A stretch of DNA of 64,000 nt from Actinomycetota bacterium (GTDB lineage: Bacteria; Actinomycetota; Actinomycetes; S36-B12): assembly GCA_046046455.1 (NCBI GenBank), contig JBJOJS010000095.1, forward strand, positions 1,995 to 65,994, given 5' to 3'. The translations under genes and the position numbers were made by a program. Below are positions 16,380-25,735 of this stretch, in pieces (within the stretch, counting starts at the first letter, position 1; every line of letters begins with the position of its first letter). The notes beneath the pieces were generated by a model, which was not told where the DNA came from, did not search any database, and saw nothing but the letters and a program-made list of their open reading frames with translations.

Positions 16380-16752
16380 TGACCCGACCGCGGATCTCAT
16401 CGCGGATGCGGCGTACCGACTCGGCGCCCTGCCCGGCAGGGTCGTCGAGCACCCAGTCCTCGTAGCGCTTGCCGGGGTAGATGGGGCAGGCGTCTCCACA
16501 TCCCATGGTGATGACGACGTCCGACTCGCGCACTGCGTCCGTCGTGAGCAGTGCGGGAACCGCCTGCGAGATATCGATGCCCTCCTCGCCCATCACTTCC
16601 ACGGCGACCGGATTGATGGCGTCGCCCGGAGCCGATCCCGCGGAGAGCACCCGGATGGCGTCACCGCCGAACTCGCGCAGGTAGCCCGCGGCCATCTGGG
16701 ACCTACCTGCGTTGTGGACGCAGACAAAGAGCACGGTCGGCTGGTCGCTCAT
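16330..16752 (-). CDS. arsC: Arsenate reductase, LMW-PTPase type
   Basis: 140 aa after trimming. CVHNAGRS P-loop and GCGDACP. Its ATG overlaps the stop of the MIP gene (ATGA). Confidence 0.85.
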   Translation of the reverse strand: MSDQPTVLFVCVHNAGRSQMAAGYLREFGGDAIRVLSAGSAPGDAINPVAVEVMGEEGIDISQAVPALLTTDAVRESDVVITMGCGDACPIYPGKRYEDWVLDDPAGQGAESVRRIRDEIRGRVIRLLGELGIEPRSTPR

Positions 16753-17501
16753 GACGACTTCCTTTCGGGACGGGTCGGATCGTCTCCGTGGACGGGGTAG
16801 GGCAGGTCGAGCGGCTCGGGTGTGACACCACGCCGGGGGTACAGCACCTCGGTGAGTGCGGCGCCCACGGCAGCTCCCAGGATCTGGAATGCGATGAAGT
16901 AGGGCACGGAGGCTGGGGAGATACCCGCGAAGGTGTCCGTGAGGCTGCGACCGATCGTGACAGCGGGATTCGCGAATGACGTCGAGGACGTGAAGAAGTA
17001 CGCCGAGCCGATCCATGCCGGTACCAAGATTGCTCCGAGTCGGCCATTGCCCGTGCGCGTGAGCGCACCGATGAGCAGGAGCAGACCCGCCGTGGCGACG
17101 ATCTCTCCCAACCAGATCGGCCCGCCTTCCCTCACCTTGGTTGAGGTGTGCCACGCGGGCAGGGCGAACATGAGGTTAGCGAGCGCGACACCCGCTACGG
17201 CGCCTGCGACCTGCGCGACGATGTAGAGCAGTCCCTCACCGATGCGAATCTCCCTGCGCACCATCTCGACGCCGGTAACGCAGGGGTTGAAGTGGGCTCC
17301 TGAGATGGGGCCCAGCATCCAGATGAGGACACCCAGCGCCGCAACGGTGGAGACCGCATTGACGAGGAGGACCACGGCAAGGTCATCGGAGAGCAGGCTC
17401 CCCATGATCCCCGAACCGACGACGGCCGCGACGAGAAGCGCTGTGCCGAGGCACTCAGCAGCCAGACGTCGCGAAAGTGCGTGCGGGGCGGCGGTGGACA
17501 T
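16749..17501 (-). CDS. MIP-family channel (aquaglyceroporin-like, arsenite-context)
   Basis: 250 aa, 6 TM. The first box is HFNPCVT (NPC rather than NPA); the second is FANPAVT. Confidence 0.85.
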   Translation of the reverse strand: MSTAAPHALSRRLAAECLGTALLVAAVVGSGIMGSLLSDDLAVVLLVNAVSTVAALGVLIWMLGPISGAHFNPCVTGVEMVRREIRIGEGLLYIVAQVAGAVAGVALANLMFALPAWHTSTKVREGGPIWLGEIVATAGLLLLIGALTRTGNGRLGAILVPAWIGSAYFFTSSTSFANPAVTIGRSLTDTFAGISPASVPYFIAFQILGAAVGAALTEVLYPRRGVTPEPLDLPYPVHGDDPTRPERKSS

Positions 17502-17505
17502 GGCG

Positions 17506-17988
17506 CTACGCAGGCGTCGTGCAGCAGGCGCTGTCGGAGCCGTCGATCAGCATGAGCGTGGATTGCGCCGGCTGAGCGTCAGCGGGATTGTCATCCTTGA
17601 CGACGTACACCTCCCAGGGCACACCGGCAGGATCGTGGACCCACACCTTGTCCTGGAGGGCGTAGCAGCAGGTGGTGTCGCGCTCGTCGAACGTCGCGAG
17701 TCCGGCATCCTGCAGTCGCTGAGTCGCCTGCTCTACCTCTGCGCCGTCGAAGACCTCGACGCCCATGTGGTTGAGCGCTCCCTCAACTCCGTGCCCGCGA
17801 TCCTCCACCTCGATCAGAACGAGCTTGAGCGGTGGGTTGTCGACAGCGAAGTTGGCATAGCCGGGGCGCCTCTTGTGCGGCTCCGCCTTGAGCAGTGCGC
17901 TGTAGAAGGCGATCGACGCCTCGAGATCGCTCACATTGAGGGCGAGTTGGACGCGGGACGTCGAATCCGGCACGGAACTCATGTGCAC
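17506..17988 (-). CDS. arsI: ArsI/CadI-family VOC (glyoxalase-fold) metalloenzyme, putative C-As lyase
   Basis: 160 aa with a VOC fold. The vicinal cysteine pair DTTCCYA matches the ArsI substrate-binding pair, and there is a C-terminal CC. Divergent from arsR. Confidence 0.65.
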   Translation of the reverse strand: MHMSSVPDSTSRVQLALNVSDLEASIAFYSALLKAEPHKRRPGYANFAVDNPPLKLVLIEVEDRGHGVEGALNHMGVEVFDGAEVEQATQRLQDAGLATFDERDTTCCYALQDKVWVHDPAGVPWEVYVVKDDNPADAQPAQSTLMLIDGSDSACCTTPA

Positions 17989-18026
17989 ACCTTGCCAACT
18001 GAATCGACACCTGTCAATATGGATTC

Positions 18027-18377
18027 GTGCCCTCCACCGCCACGAAGCCGCGCAGTCTCACCGCCGGACCTTCTTGCTGCCCCACGGGACTGGGTGCCCC
18101 CATCGATCGTGACGCCGCCGAGGAGCTCGCCTCACTGCTCAAGGCGGTGGCCGACGCGACCCGCCTGCAGATCCTCGCGCTCCTGCGCTCGAGCCCCGAA
18201 TGCGCCGCCTGCGTCTGCGACATCGCCGATGAGATCGGCGTCAGCCAACCGACCGTGAGCCACCACCTGCGCATCCTCGCTGAGGCGGGGATCGTCGAAT
18301 CCGAGAAGCGCGGCTACTGGACGTGGTACTCCCTGAGGCGCACGCGCCTCGCCGAGCTGAGCGCCGTCCTCACCTAA
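18027..18377 (+). CDS. arsR: ArsR/SmtB-family metalloregulator
   Basis: 116 aa. Has the ECAACVCDIADEIGVSQPTVSHHLRIL metal-site and HTH signature. Confidence 0.85.
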   Translation: MPSTATKPRSLTAGPSCCPTGLGAPIDRDAAEELASLLKAVADATRLQILALLRSSPECAACVCDIADEIGVSQPTVSHHLRILAEAGIVESEKRGYWTWYSLRRTRLAELSAVLT

Positions 18378-18400
18378 CCGCACCGGAGTAGTCTCTGCCG

Positions 18401-19588
18401 GTGTCGAGGCGCACGGGCACTCCCCCCTGGCTGCTCCTTGCGACTCTCGCGCTGGTCGCGCTCAATCTCCGCTCGGTGCTCACCGCGATCCCCCCGCTGA
18501 CACTCGAGATCCAGTCGGCCACGGGCTGGAACGACACCACGATGGGCTTCCTCACCACGCTGCCGGTCATCGTCATGGGGCTCGCCGCACTCATCGTCCC
18601 CGCGGTCGCGCAGCGCGTCGGTCGCCCGCAGACCGTGTGGATCGCCCTCGGCATCCTCGTCGTGGCGAGCGCCGGTCGCCTCGCCGCCGGCATCCCCATC
18701 GTGCTCTTCATCACGGCGTTCCTCGGCGGCCTCGGCATCGCACTCGCCTCCGGATTGGTCCCGGCGATCGTGCGCGAGGATCTGCCGCGATCCACCGGGG
18801 CCGCGACGGGATTGTGGACCGCATCCATGTTCACCGGCGCGGCACTCGCCGCAGCTCTGACCGTGCCCGTCTCTCTCGCTACCGGATCCTGGCAGTGGGG
18901 CCTCGCCGTATGGTCCGTGCCCGCGATCACCGCTCTCCTGCTCTGGACCTTCGTCGAGGCTCCCTATCGACGACACGCGAGTGACCGCGGCACCGGTGCC
19001 ATCGCCCTTCGCTCGCTCCCCTGGCGCAGCCCCCTCGCGTGGGCACTCACGGCGTACCTCGCCATCAACTCCCTCGTCTTCTACACCGCTCTCGCGTGGA
19101 TTGCGCCGTCACTCGACGAGCGCGGCTGGACGAGCGAGGAGGGGGGCCTGCTCTTCGGGCTCTTCACCGCATCGCAGATCGTCGCCGCGCTGCTCATGCC
19201 GTGGCTTGCCCAGCGGCTCCCGGGGCGCCGCATCGCCTGGGCGGTCACCGTCGTCGTCACCGCCCTCTGCCTGCTGAGCCTCGCCTACACCCCCGGTTTC
19301 CTCACCGTCCTGGTGCTCTTCCTCTTCGGCTTCACCAACGCCGGCGGCTTCACCATCGGACTATCGATGCTGAGCGAGTTCTCCCCCGATGCACCGTCCG
19401 CGGCCCGGCTTACCGCCATGGCCTTCGCCGTCACCTATCTCCTGGCCGCCATCGGGCCGACCCTGGCCGGTGCACTCCTCGACGCCGCCGGATCCTGGAC
19501 GCTCGTGTACGTCGTCCTCGCCGTCATCGCCCTGCTCCAGCTCCCCGCGCTCCTGCCACTGCGCAAGGGCACGATCATCCGCGCGTGA
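18401..19588 (+). CDS. MFS transporter (CynX/NimT-like)
   Basis: 395 aa, 12 TM. Co-oriented 24 nt downstream of arsR. Confidence 0.7.
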   Translation: MSRRTGTPPWLLLATLALVALNLRSVLTAIPPLTLEIQSATGWNDTTMGFLTTLPVIVMGLAALIVPAVAQRVGRPQTVWIALGILVVASAGRLAAGIPIVLFITAFLGGLGIALASGLVPAIVREDLPRSTGAATGLWTASMFTGAALAAALTVPVSLATGSWQWGLAVWSVPAITALLLWTFVEAPYRRHASDRGTGAIALRSLPWRSPLAWALTAYLAINSLVFYTALAWIAPSLDERGWTSEEGGLLFGLFTASQIVAALLMPWLAQRLPGRRIAWAVTVVVTALCLLSLAYTPGFLTVLVLFLFGFTNAGGFTIGLSMLSEFSPDAPSAARLTAMAFAVTYLLAAIGPTLAGALLDAAGSWTLVYVVLAVIALLQLPALLPLRKGTIIRA

Positions 19589-19595
19589 GGCGAGG

Positions 19596-20168
19596 TCACT
19601 CGCGGAGCAGTCGGGCGACTGCTCCGGCCAGTGCACCGGGGACAGCGGAGGCATTCGCGGACGGCTGCATGACATGGCTGAGCACCGTGCGGACCAGCAG
19701 ATCGACGATCGCATCGAGCGCAGCGGCGTCCACTCCCGGGTAAGGCATCAGCCGATCGCGCACGCGCTCGCTCGCTACCGCGATCACGACGTCCGCCCGC
19801 GTCGTGAGCAGAGGGACGAGTTCGGTCTCGGCTCCGTGGGTGGCCGTGACGATGGCGCGCAGAAGGGGATTGATCCGCGCGAGATCAAGCACCCGTGCGA
19901 TGGCATCGGCGACCCCGACCTCCAAGTCATCGGGGTGAGCATCGAATCCTGCATCGACCTCATCGAGGAAGGCCCCGAGCTCACGCAGGACCATCGCCTC
20001 GGCGAGGCGATCACGCGAGCCCCACTCGTTGTAGACCGTCTGCCGGCTGACGCCCACCCGCTCGGCCACCGCCGCCATCGTCACACTCGACCAGCCGACC
20101 TCGGTGGTCATCTCTGCGGCAGCAGCGAGGATGCGCTCCCCTGTCGCCATGTCCGCGACCTTCATCAT
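19596..20168 (-). CDS. TetR-family regulator (AlkU-like)
   Basis: 190 aa after trimming. HTH VTMAAVAERVGVSRQTVYNEW. Its ATG overlaps the alkB stop (ATGA). Confidence 0.8.
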   Translation of the reverse strand: MMKVADMATGERILAAAAEMTTEVGWSSVTMAAVAERVGVSRQTVYNEWGSRDRLAEAMVLRELGAFLDEVDAGFDAHPDDLEVGVADAIARVLDLARINPLLRAIVTATHGAETELVPLLTTRADVVIAVASERVRDRLMPYPGVDAAALDAIVDLLVRTVLSHVMQPSANASAVPGALAGAVARLLRE

Positions 20169-21556
20169 CACTCCGCGTGGATCACGAGGAAGTCGACCTT
20201 CTCTCGAACGCCGCAATCGGGGCAGCACCAGCCATCGGGGATGGAGGCGAAGGGTGTGCCCGCGGGGAAGCCCTCGCGCGCATCCCCCCGCCGCTCGTCG
20301 TAGGTGTAGCCGCAGCCGGGACATGTGGCGATGATCGTGCCTCCGGTGAGCACCGCGACAGCACCAGGCAGGGACTCTGCGACCACAACCTCAGCGCGCG
20401 CGGGTGCGGGCGGGAATCGGCGGAGCACGCGCTCGCGCTTCCCAGACTGGATATTGGCGAGCGACATGTCGCCGTCGTAGTGCGAGGCCACGCGCGGATC
20501 CATGACCCGATTCCACAGCGGCGGCACGAGCGCGAGCAGGATCATGCCGGCGTACCCCGTGGGCAGAGCAGGTGCACCCTTCTCATCACGCAGCGCCTGG
20601 TACCGCCGCGTGGGGTGCGCGTGGTGATCGCTATGGCGCTGCAGGTGGTAGAGCAGGACATTGGTCGCCAGGTTGTTGGAGTTCCAACTATGCCGCGGCT
20701 CGACGCGCTCGAAGCGCTCCTTGCCGGGTACCCCGACGATCTGGCGCAGCAGCCCGTAATGCTCGAGGTAGTTGACCGCCTCGAGGAGGGTGAATCCCAC
20801 GACCGCCTGGATGACGAGGTAGGGCAGGATCGCCGGGCCGAGCCAGATGACCATCACGGTCCAGAGGGCCGCCGACATGAGTAGGGCGTTGAGGACATCA
20901 TTGCCGATGCGCCAGGGATGCTGGCCGCGTCGGGAGTAGCGGCGCGACTCCAGGCGCCACGCGTTGGCAAAGGATCCGGACACGGTGCGCGGCCAGAAGC
21001 GGTAAAAGCTCTCCCCCACCCGCGAGCTCGCCGGATCCTCCGGCGTGGCTACGCGCACATGGTGTCCGCGGTTGTGCTCGATGTAGAAGTGGCCGTAGAA
21101 GGACTGTGCGAGCGCGATCTTGGCGAGCCAGCGCTCGACGCTCTCCTTCTTGTGCCCGAGTTCGTGCGCGGTGTTGATGCCCAGGCCACCGATGAAGCCG
21201 ACTGTGACGGCAAGGCCCACGCGATCGAGCGTGCTGAGATCCGCTGTCGCGATGTACCAAATGGCGAAGGCGAATCCGGCGTACTGCAGTGGCAGGAAGA
21301 GATAGGTGAGCCAGCGGTAGTAGCGATCCTCCTCCAGTGCCTTGATCACCGCGTCCGGCGGATTCGACGGATCGAGGCCGGCCGTCCAGTCGATGAGCGG
21401 GACGATGCCGAGGATGACGATGGGGCCGAGCCAGAGCCACACGCCCCAGCCGGTGACAGAGTTGAGGATGACGGCGAGGAAGGGCAGCAGGGGCATCGTG
21501 AGCCCGAAGATCCACAGGTAGCGCTTGCCGTCGCGCCAGGTCGCTGCCGCCTCCAT
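20168..21556 (-). CDS. alkB: Alkane 1-monooxygenase fused to a C-terminal rubredoxin
   Basis: 462 aa. His boxes HELGHKK, EHNRGHH and LQRHSDHH. The C-terminal CPGCGYTY...CCPDCG is a rubredoxin domain. Confidence 0.9.
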   Translation of the reverse strand: MEAAATWRDGKRYLWIFGLTMPLLPFLAVILNSVTGWGVWLWLGPIVILGIVPLIDWTAGLDPSNPPDAVIKALEEDRYYRWLTYLFLPLQYAGFAFAIWYIATADLSTLDRVGLAVTVGFIGGLGINTAHELGHKKESVERWLAKIALAQSFYGHFYIEHNRGHHVRVATPEDPASSRVGESFYRFWPRTVSGSFANAWRLESRRYSRRGQHPWRIGNDVLNALLMSAALWTVMVIWLGPAILPYLVIQAVVGFTLLEAVNYLEHYGLLRQIVGVPGKERFERVEPRHSWNSNNLATNVLLYHLQRHSDHHAHPTRRYQALRDEKGAPALPTGYAGMILLALVPPLWNRVMDPRVASHYDGDMSLANIQSGKRERVLRRFPPAPARAEVVVAESLPGAVAVLTGGTIIATCPGCGYTYDERRGDAREGFPAGTPFASIPDGWCCPDCGVREKVDFLVIHAE

Positions 21557-21565
21557 GGTTTACAG

Positions 21566-21594
21566 AAGGTAGCCCTGTGTAAAGCGGGGGTCAA
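21566..21594 (-). promoter_or_regulatory. Candidate promoter giving a leaderless or near-leaderless alkB mRNA
   Basis: On the gene strand: TTGACC, 17 nt, TACCTT (fits TANNNT), then about 9 nt to the ATG. No SD lies upstream of the ATG. Confidence 0.3.
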
Positions 21595-21604
21595 GCCCCC
21601 TCCG

Positions 21605-21675
21605 CTTTCACCCTTCGCCTGGCAGCCATTCGAGGGCGAAACGCCGGGAAGGAACAGCCGATTCGAGGGTGAAAG
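21605..21675. promoter_or_regulatory. Three copies of an 11-12 nt motif (candidate TetR/AlkU operator or alternative pairing)
   Basis: CTTTCACCCTTCG (21605-17) is the inverted partner of CGAGGGCGAAA (21631-41) and CGAGGGTGAAAG (21664-75). Confidence 0.3.
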
Positions 21676-21706
21676 CAGCGAGACGGGGTCAATGGGGTCG
21701 TGCGAC

Positions 21707-22330
21707 CTAGAGGTACCGGAAGATCACCATCGCGGCGAGGATCGCGATGATGAGCACCGTGCCCCAGATGTCCGCCCCGATACGCAGGAGGTAGAGCGCT
21801 CGTTCGTGGGCGCGAGGCGACAGCCCGAAGGTGTTGTCGGACAGGTTGACCCGCAGCAGGCTCGCGAAGACGGTCGTCGTCGTGGCGGTGACGAGCAGGC
21901 ACCACGGGCACAGGGCACCGATCTCGAAGTAAGCCTGGAAGAAGAGCCAGTAGGCGAAGGCGAGCCCGATGGCGTAGACGGCCATCGCCGAGTTCATGAA
22001 CCAGCGCGGGAAGCGCACGCCGCCCAGGCCCGCGACGGCGATGGTGATGACCACGGGCTCAGCGATGAGTCCAAGGAAGGCGTTGGGGAATCCCAGCAGA
22101 TTTGCCTGCCAGCTCAGGCCCACCTTGGCGCACGAGATCGTCTCGGAGATGTTGCAGGACAGACCGGCATTGGGATCGGCAGCGAGGACTACCGCATCGA
22201 TGGAGAGCACGATCGAAGCCGTGAGGCCGAGGAGGCTGGAGATGAGCATCTCCAGATAGGCGCCGCGGTGACGGCCCTTCGAGGGAAGTTCCTCGTCGGC
22301 CCCTGCCGAGGCAACGGCATCGATGGTCAC
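21707..22330 (-). CDS. Vitamin K epoxide reductase (VKOR) family protein
   Basis: 207 aa from the GTG at 22330 (GGGAGGG SD). Loop Cys pair CNISETISC and active-site CPWC. Confidence 0.75.
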   Translation of the reverse strand: MTIDAVASAGADEELPSKGRHRGAYLEMLISSLLGLTASIVLSIDAVVLAADPNAGLSCNISETISCAKVGLSWQANLLGFPNAFLGLIAEPVVITIAVAGLGGVRFPRWFMNSAMAVYAIGLAFAYWLFFQAYFEIGALCPWCLLVTATTTTVFASLLRVNLSDNTFGLSPRAHERALYLLRIGADIWGTVLIIAILAAMVIFRYL

Positions 22331-22355
22331 TCGCCCTCCCTTTCGCCGCCTGACC

Positions 22356-24920
22356 CTAGCGAAGGTGACGCGCGCGGCTGCGACGCGGTTCCCGTAGCCA
22401 ACGGTAGATCTCAAACCACACGATGGACGCCAGACCCGCGACGATCGCAAGCGCCCACTGCGCGGGCGTCAGTGGACCGAGATCCAGGGCGTCGCGCACG
22501 GGGGGTACGCCGATGAGCAGGACGAGAAGTGCAGAGGCGAGGCCGATGATGGCCAAGAGAGCGGGATTGCGGCGCGTCAGCAGCGCCCGAGCGGCTGAGA
22601 CATGGCGCGACCGGTTGACCAGGATAAGTGCGATATTGCCGACCACGAGCGTGACGAAGGTCATCGATCGCACGGACGGCTCGGACATCCCCGAGGACAT
22701 GCTGCCCAGATACACGGCAAGCACCATGGCCAGCAGGACCAGCCCCTGGGCAAGCGCCACCGTGATCTCACGCCACCCGAACATGAGCGCGCCGGGGGGC
22801 CGCGGTGGCTCCTCCATAGCGGCGGGGCTGACGGGCTCGCTCTCGAAGGCGATCGTGCATGCGGGGTCGATGATGAGTTGGAGCAGGACGACCTCAATGG
22901 GGAGCAGGACGAGTGGCCACCCGGCGACGAAGACGGGAATGAGTGCAATGCCATAGATCGGGACGTGCACGCTGATGATGTAGGTGAGGGCCTTGCGGAG
23001 GTTGGCGAAGATCCCCCTCCCCTGCCGGATTCCCTCGACGATCGACGTGTAGTCGTCATCGACGATCACCAGGTCTGCGGCCTCCCGCGCGACATCCGTG
23101 CCCCGACCTCCCATGGCGATGCCGACATCGCTGGCCCCGAGGGCGGGGGCATCGTTGACACCATCGCCGGTCATGCCAACCACTTCGCCATCGGCCTGGA
23201 GCGCCCTGACGAGCGCCACCTTGCGCTCGGGCACCATGCGGGCGAAGACGCTCACCGATCGAGCTGCCTCGGCGAGATCCCTGTCGCTCATCGCGTCCAT
23301 ATCCGCGCCGGTGAGGTGACCTCCCGCGGTGGGGATCCCCGCGTCTCGGGCGATGGCGAGCGCGGTGCCCGGATAGTCGCCGGTGATCATCACGGTGCGC
23401 ACGCCGGCGCGGGCGCACTCGGCAACCGCCTCGGGGACCCCGGGGCCGACCGGATCCTGCAGTCCCGCGAAGCCAAGCAGGTGGAGGCGTAGGCCACTCT
23501 GAGACTCAGGCAGGGCATCGGCCTCGAGTAGTGCGCCGCCCACGGCGAGGATGCGCAGGCCGTCATCGCTCGCCGCATCGATGAGCGCGTCCAGACGTGC
23601 ACGCTCCGCAGGGGCGACATCGGCCAGGGCCATCACCGCTTCCGGTGCACCCTTGACAGCGGCGTAGAGCGTGCCGTCCGCGAGCCGCCAGACATGGCAC
23701 ACGGACAGCTGCTCCGGTGTGAGGGGATAGTCGCGCACCAGATCACCCGACTCCCGCCGCCAGTCGGGCAGTCGCGCATCCGCGAGGCGCACGAACGCGC
23801 GATCCATGGGGTCCACGGGCTGCTCGGGACAAGCCAGGGCCGCCGTCCGCACGAGATCGCGAAGCTGATGATCGGGAAGGTCCGCGAGCATGTGCCGGGA
23901 ATGGTCGACGATCACCTCACGCACACTCATGTCACCGCGCGTCAGGGTCCCGGTCTTGTCTACGCAGAGCACGGTCACCGAACCAAGGCTCTCGATGACC
24001 GGCGGTCGGTGAGCGAGCACCCGATACCGGGATAAGCGCCAAGCGCCGAGCGCGAGGAAGACACTGAAGACGACGGGGATCTCCTCGGGGATGACGGCGA
24101 GAGCTGCCGTGATCCCGGCCAGCGCACCCTCGAGCCAATTGCCGCGCGTGAGGCCGTAGACGACGACCACTGTCACGGCGGCGACGAACGCCACCAGGGC
24201 GAAGATGAGCACGAGCCGGTCGAACTCCCTCTGGAGCCGAGTGCGGGGTGGGGCCTGCTCGCGCAGCGCACGTCCGATGCGGCCGAACGCGGTGTGGGCG
24301 CCGGTCAGTGCAACGAGCATCTCCGCCCGGCCGCCCACGACGAGGGTGCCAGCGAATACCCACGGCGTGCCGTCGCCCCCCGGATCGCCCATGTCCGGTC
24401 CATCCACCCCCGCTGCAGCACCGGAAGCTGGCTGCTTGGTCACCGGGACGGACTCACCCGTAAGCGCGGCCTCGTCCACCGTGAGATGAGACGCACCGAC
24501 GAGGATGCCATCGGCAGGAACGCGATCGCCCTCCGCAAGCAGCACCACATCTCCCTGGACGACCTCGCGACCCGCCACGCGACTCGGCACGCCATCCCGG
24601 ACGACCATGGCGCGCGGCGAACTCAACTGACGCAGAGCCGCCAGGGCGCTCTCGGTCTTGCGCTGCTGGTAGAGGGAGATGAGCGCGACGATGAGCACGG
24701 AGCCCAGGAGGACGGAAGCTTCGAGCGGATCAGCGAGGAGGAAGCTCACGGCCGCTGCCCCGAGGAGCAGCAGGATCATGGGCTCGCGCACGACCGACCA
24801 GGCGGTCGCTGCCAGGCTCCTCGGCTGCTCGCGAGGCAACTCGTTGGGACCATCTCTCGCCAGGCGCCGCGCCGCTTCGCGCGCAGACAATCCGCGACTC
24901 AGCGCAACTTCCTGTGACAC
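22356..24920 (-). CDS. Cation-translocating P-type ATPase (P2-like)
   Basis: 854 aa. Motifs LTGESVPV, DKTGTLT, TGDGVNDAPAL, and IPEEIPVV in TM4. Confidence 0.9.
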   Translation of the reverse strand: MSQEVALSRGLSAREAARRLARDGPNELPREQPRSLAATAWSVVREPMILLLLGAAAVSFLLADPLEASVLLGSVLIVALISLYQQRKTESALAALRQLSSPRAMVVRDGVPSRVAGREVVQGDVVLLAEGDRVPADGILVGASHLTVDEAALTGESVPVTKQPASGAAAGVDGPDMGDPGGDGTPWVFAGTLVVGGRAEMLVALTGAHTAFGRIGRALREQAPPRTRLQREFDRLVLIFALVAFVAAVTVVVVYGLTRGNWLEGALAGITAALAVIPEEIPVVFSVFLALGAWRLSRYRVLAHRPPVIESLGSVTVLCVDKTGTLTRGDMSVREVIVDHSRHMLADLPDHQLRDLVRTAALACPEQPVDPMDRAFVRLADARLPDWRRESGDLVRDYPLTPEQLSVCHVWRLADGTLYAAVKGAPEAVMALADVAPAERARLDALIDAASDDGLRILAVGGALLEADALPESQSGLRLHLLGFAGLQDPVGPGVPEAVAECARAGVRTVMITGDYPGTALAIARDAGIPTAGGHLTGADMDAMSDRDLAEAARSVSVFARMVPERKVALVRALQADGEVVGMTGDGVNDAPALGASDVGIAMGGRGTDVAREAADLVIVDDDYTSIVEGIRQGRGIFANLRKALTYIISVHVPIYGIALIPVFVAGWPLVLLPIEVVLLQLIIDPACTIAFESEPVSPAAMEEPPRPPGALMFGWREITVALAQGLVLLAMVLAVYLGSMSSGMSEPSVRSMTFVTLVVGNIALILVNRSRHVSAARALLTRRNPALLAIIGLASALLVLLIGVPPVRDALDLGPLTPAQWALAIVAGLASIVWFEIYRWLREPRRSRARHLR

Positions 24921-24979
24921 CCCGCCCAGGGTGCCCCTTCACCCCGGGGCCACCGGCGTTGTCGCCGGTCCATGACCGG

Positions 24980-25735
24980 TCAGATCACGGCGTCGAGGAA
25001 CTTCTTGGTCTCCGGGCGCTGGGGGGAGGTGAACATCTGCTCCGGCGTTCCCTGCTCGAGGATGACCCCCTCGTGGAAGAAGCAGAGCCGGTTGGCTACC
25101 TCGCGCGCGAAACCCATCTCGTGGGTAACGACGACCATCGTCGTCGAATGCGTCTCCGCCAGGCGCTTCATGACAGCGAGGACCTCGTGGATGAGCTCGG
25201 GATCAAGTGCCGACGTCGGCTCGTCGAAGAGCATGACATCAGGGCGCATGGCCAGGGCTCGCGCGATAGCCACCCGCTGTTGCTGGCCGCCAGACAGCCG
25301 GATCGGGTGCTGATCGGCCTTGTCGGCCATGCCGACGTCGTTGAGCAACTCCATAGCACGGTCACGCACCTCGGCGGCCGGCTCGCCCTTGACCCGCAGC
25401 GGGCCCTCCATGACGTTGTCGAGCACCGTCATCTGGGGGAAGAGGTTGAACTGCTGGAAGACCATGCCGCAGTGAGTGCGCAGGCGACGGATCTCCTTGC
25501 GTCGATGCCGTGTGGCGAGACCCGCATCCACGGCAATGCCCGCCACCTCGACCGATCCCTGATCGGGCTCCTCGAGGAAGTTGATGCACCGAAGGAAGGT
25601 GCTCTTGCCCGAGCCGGACCGGCCGAAGACGACAACCACCTCACCGGAGTCGATCTCCATGTCGATGCCCTTGAGCACCTCGAGATCGCCGAAGGACTTG
25701 TGGAGTCCGCTCACGCGGACGACGGGTGAACTCAT
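24980..25735 (-). CDS. Amino-acid ABC transporter ATP-binding protein
   Basis: 251 aa. [24 protein letters not shown]. Polar amino-acid (GlnQ/HisP-like) type. Confidence 0.9.
   Translation of the reverse strand: MSSPVVRVSGLHKSFGDLEVLKGIDMEIDSGEVVVVFGRSGSGKSTFLRCINFLEEPDQGSVEVAGIAVDAGLATRHRRKEIRRLRTHCGMVFQQFNLFPQMTVLDNVMEGPLRVKGEPAAEVRDRAMELLNDVGMADKADQHPIRLSGGQQQRVAIARALAMRPDVMLFDEPTSALDPELIHEVLAVMKRLAETHSTTMVVVTHEMGFAREVANRLCFFHEGVILEQGTPEQMFTSPQRPETKKFLDAVI

Noticed and set aside
16753-17154. Long N-terminal extensions of track ORFs (also 7378-7488, 20169-20324, 22331-22450, 27577-27813, 42587-42883, 44880-45125, 49187-49375, 49554-49634, 54736-54984, 60892-61116)
   Set aside because: The extensions overlap the upstream gene and are Arg/Pro-rich. 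In each case an internal ATG or GTG with an SD, or a stop/start overlap, sits exactly where the homologous family normally begins.
17989-18026. ArsR operator (GAATC-N18-GATTC) in the arsI/arsR divergent gap
   Set aside because: Only 5-bp arms with a long spacer; too weak to call from sequence alone.
20918-22516. 532-aa plus-strand ORF spanning alkB, the intergenic region and VKOR
   Set aside because: It crosses two well-supported minus-strand genes and an intergenic region, and its composition is nonsense-like.
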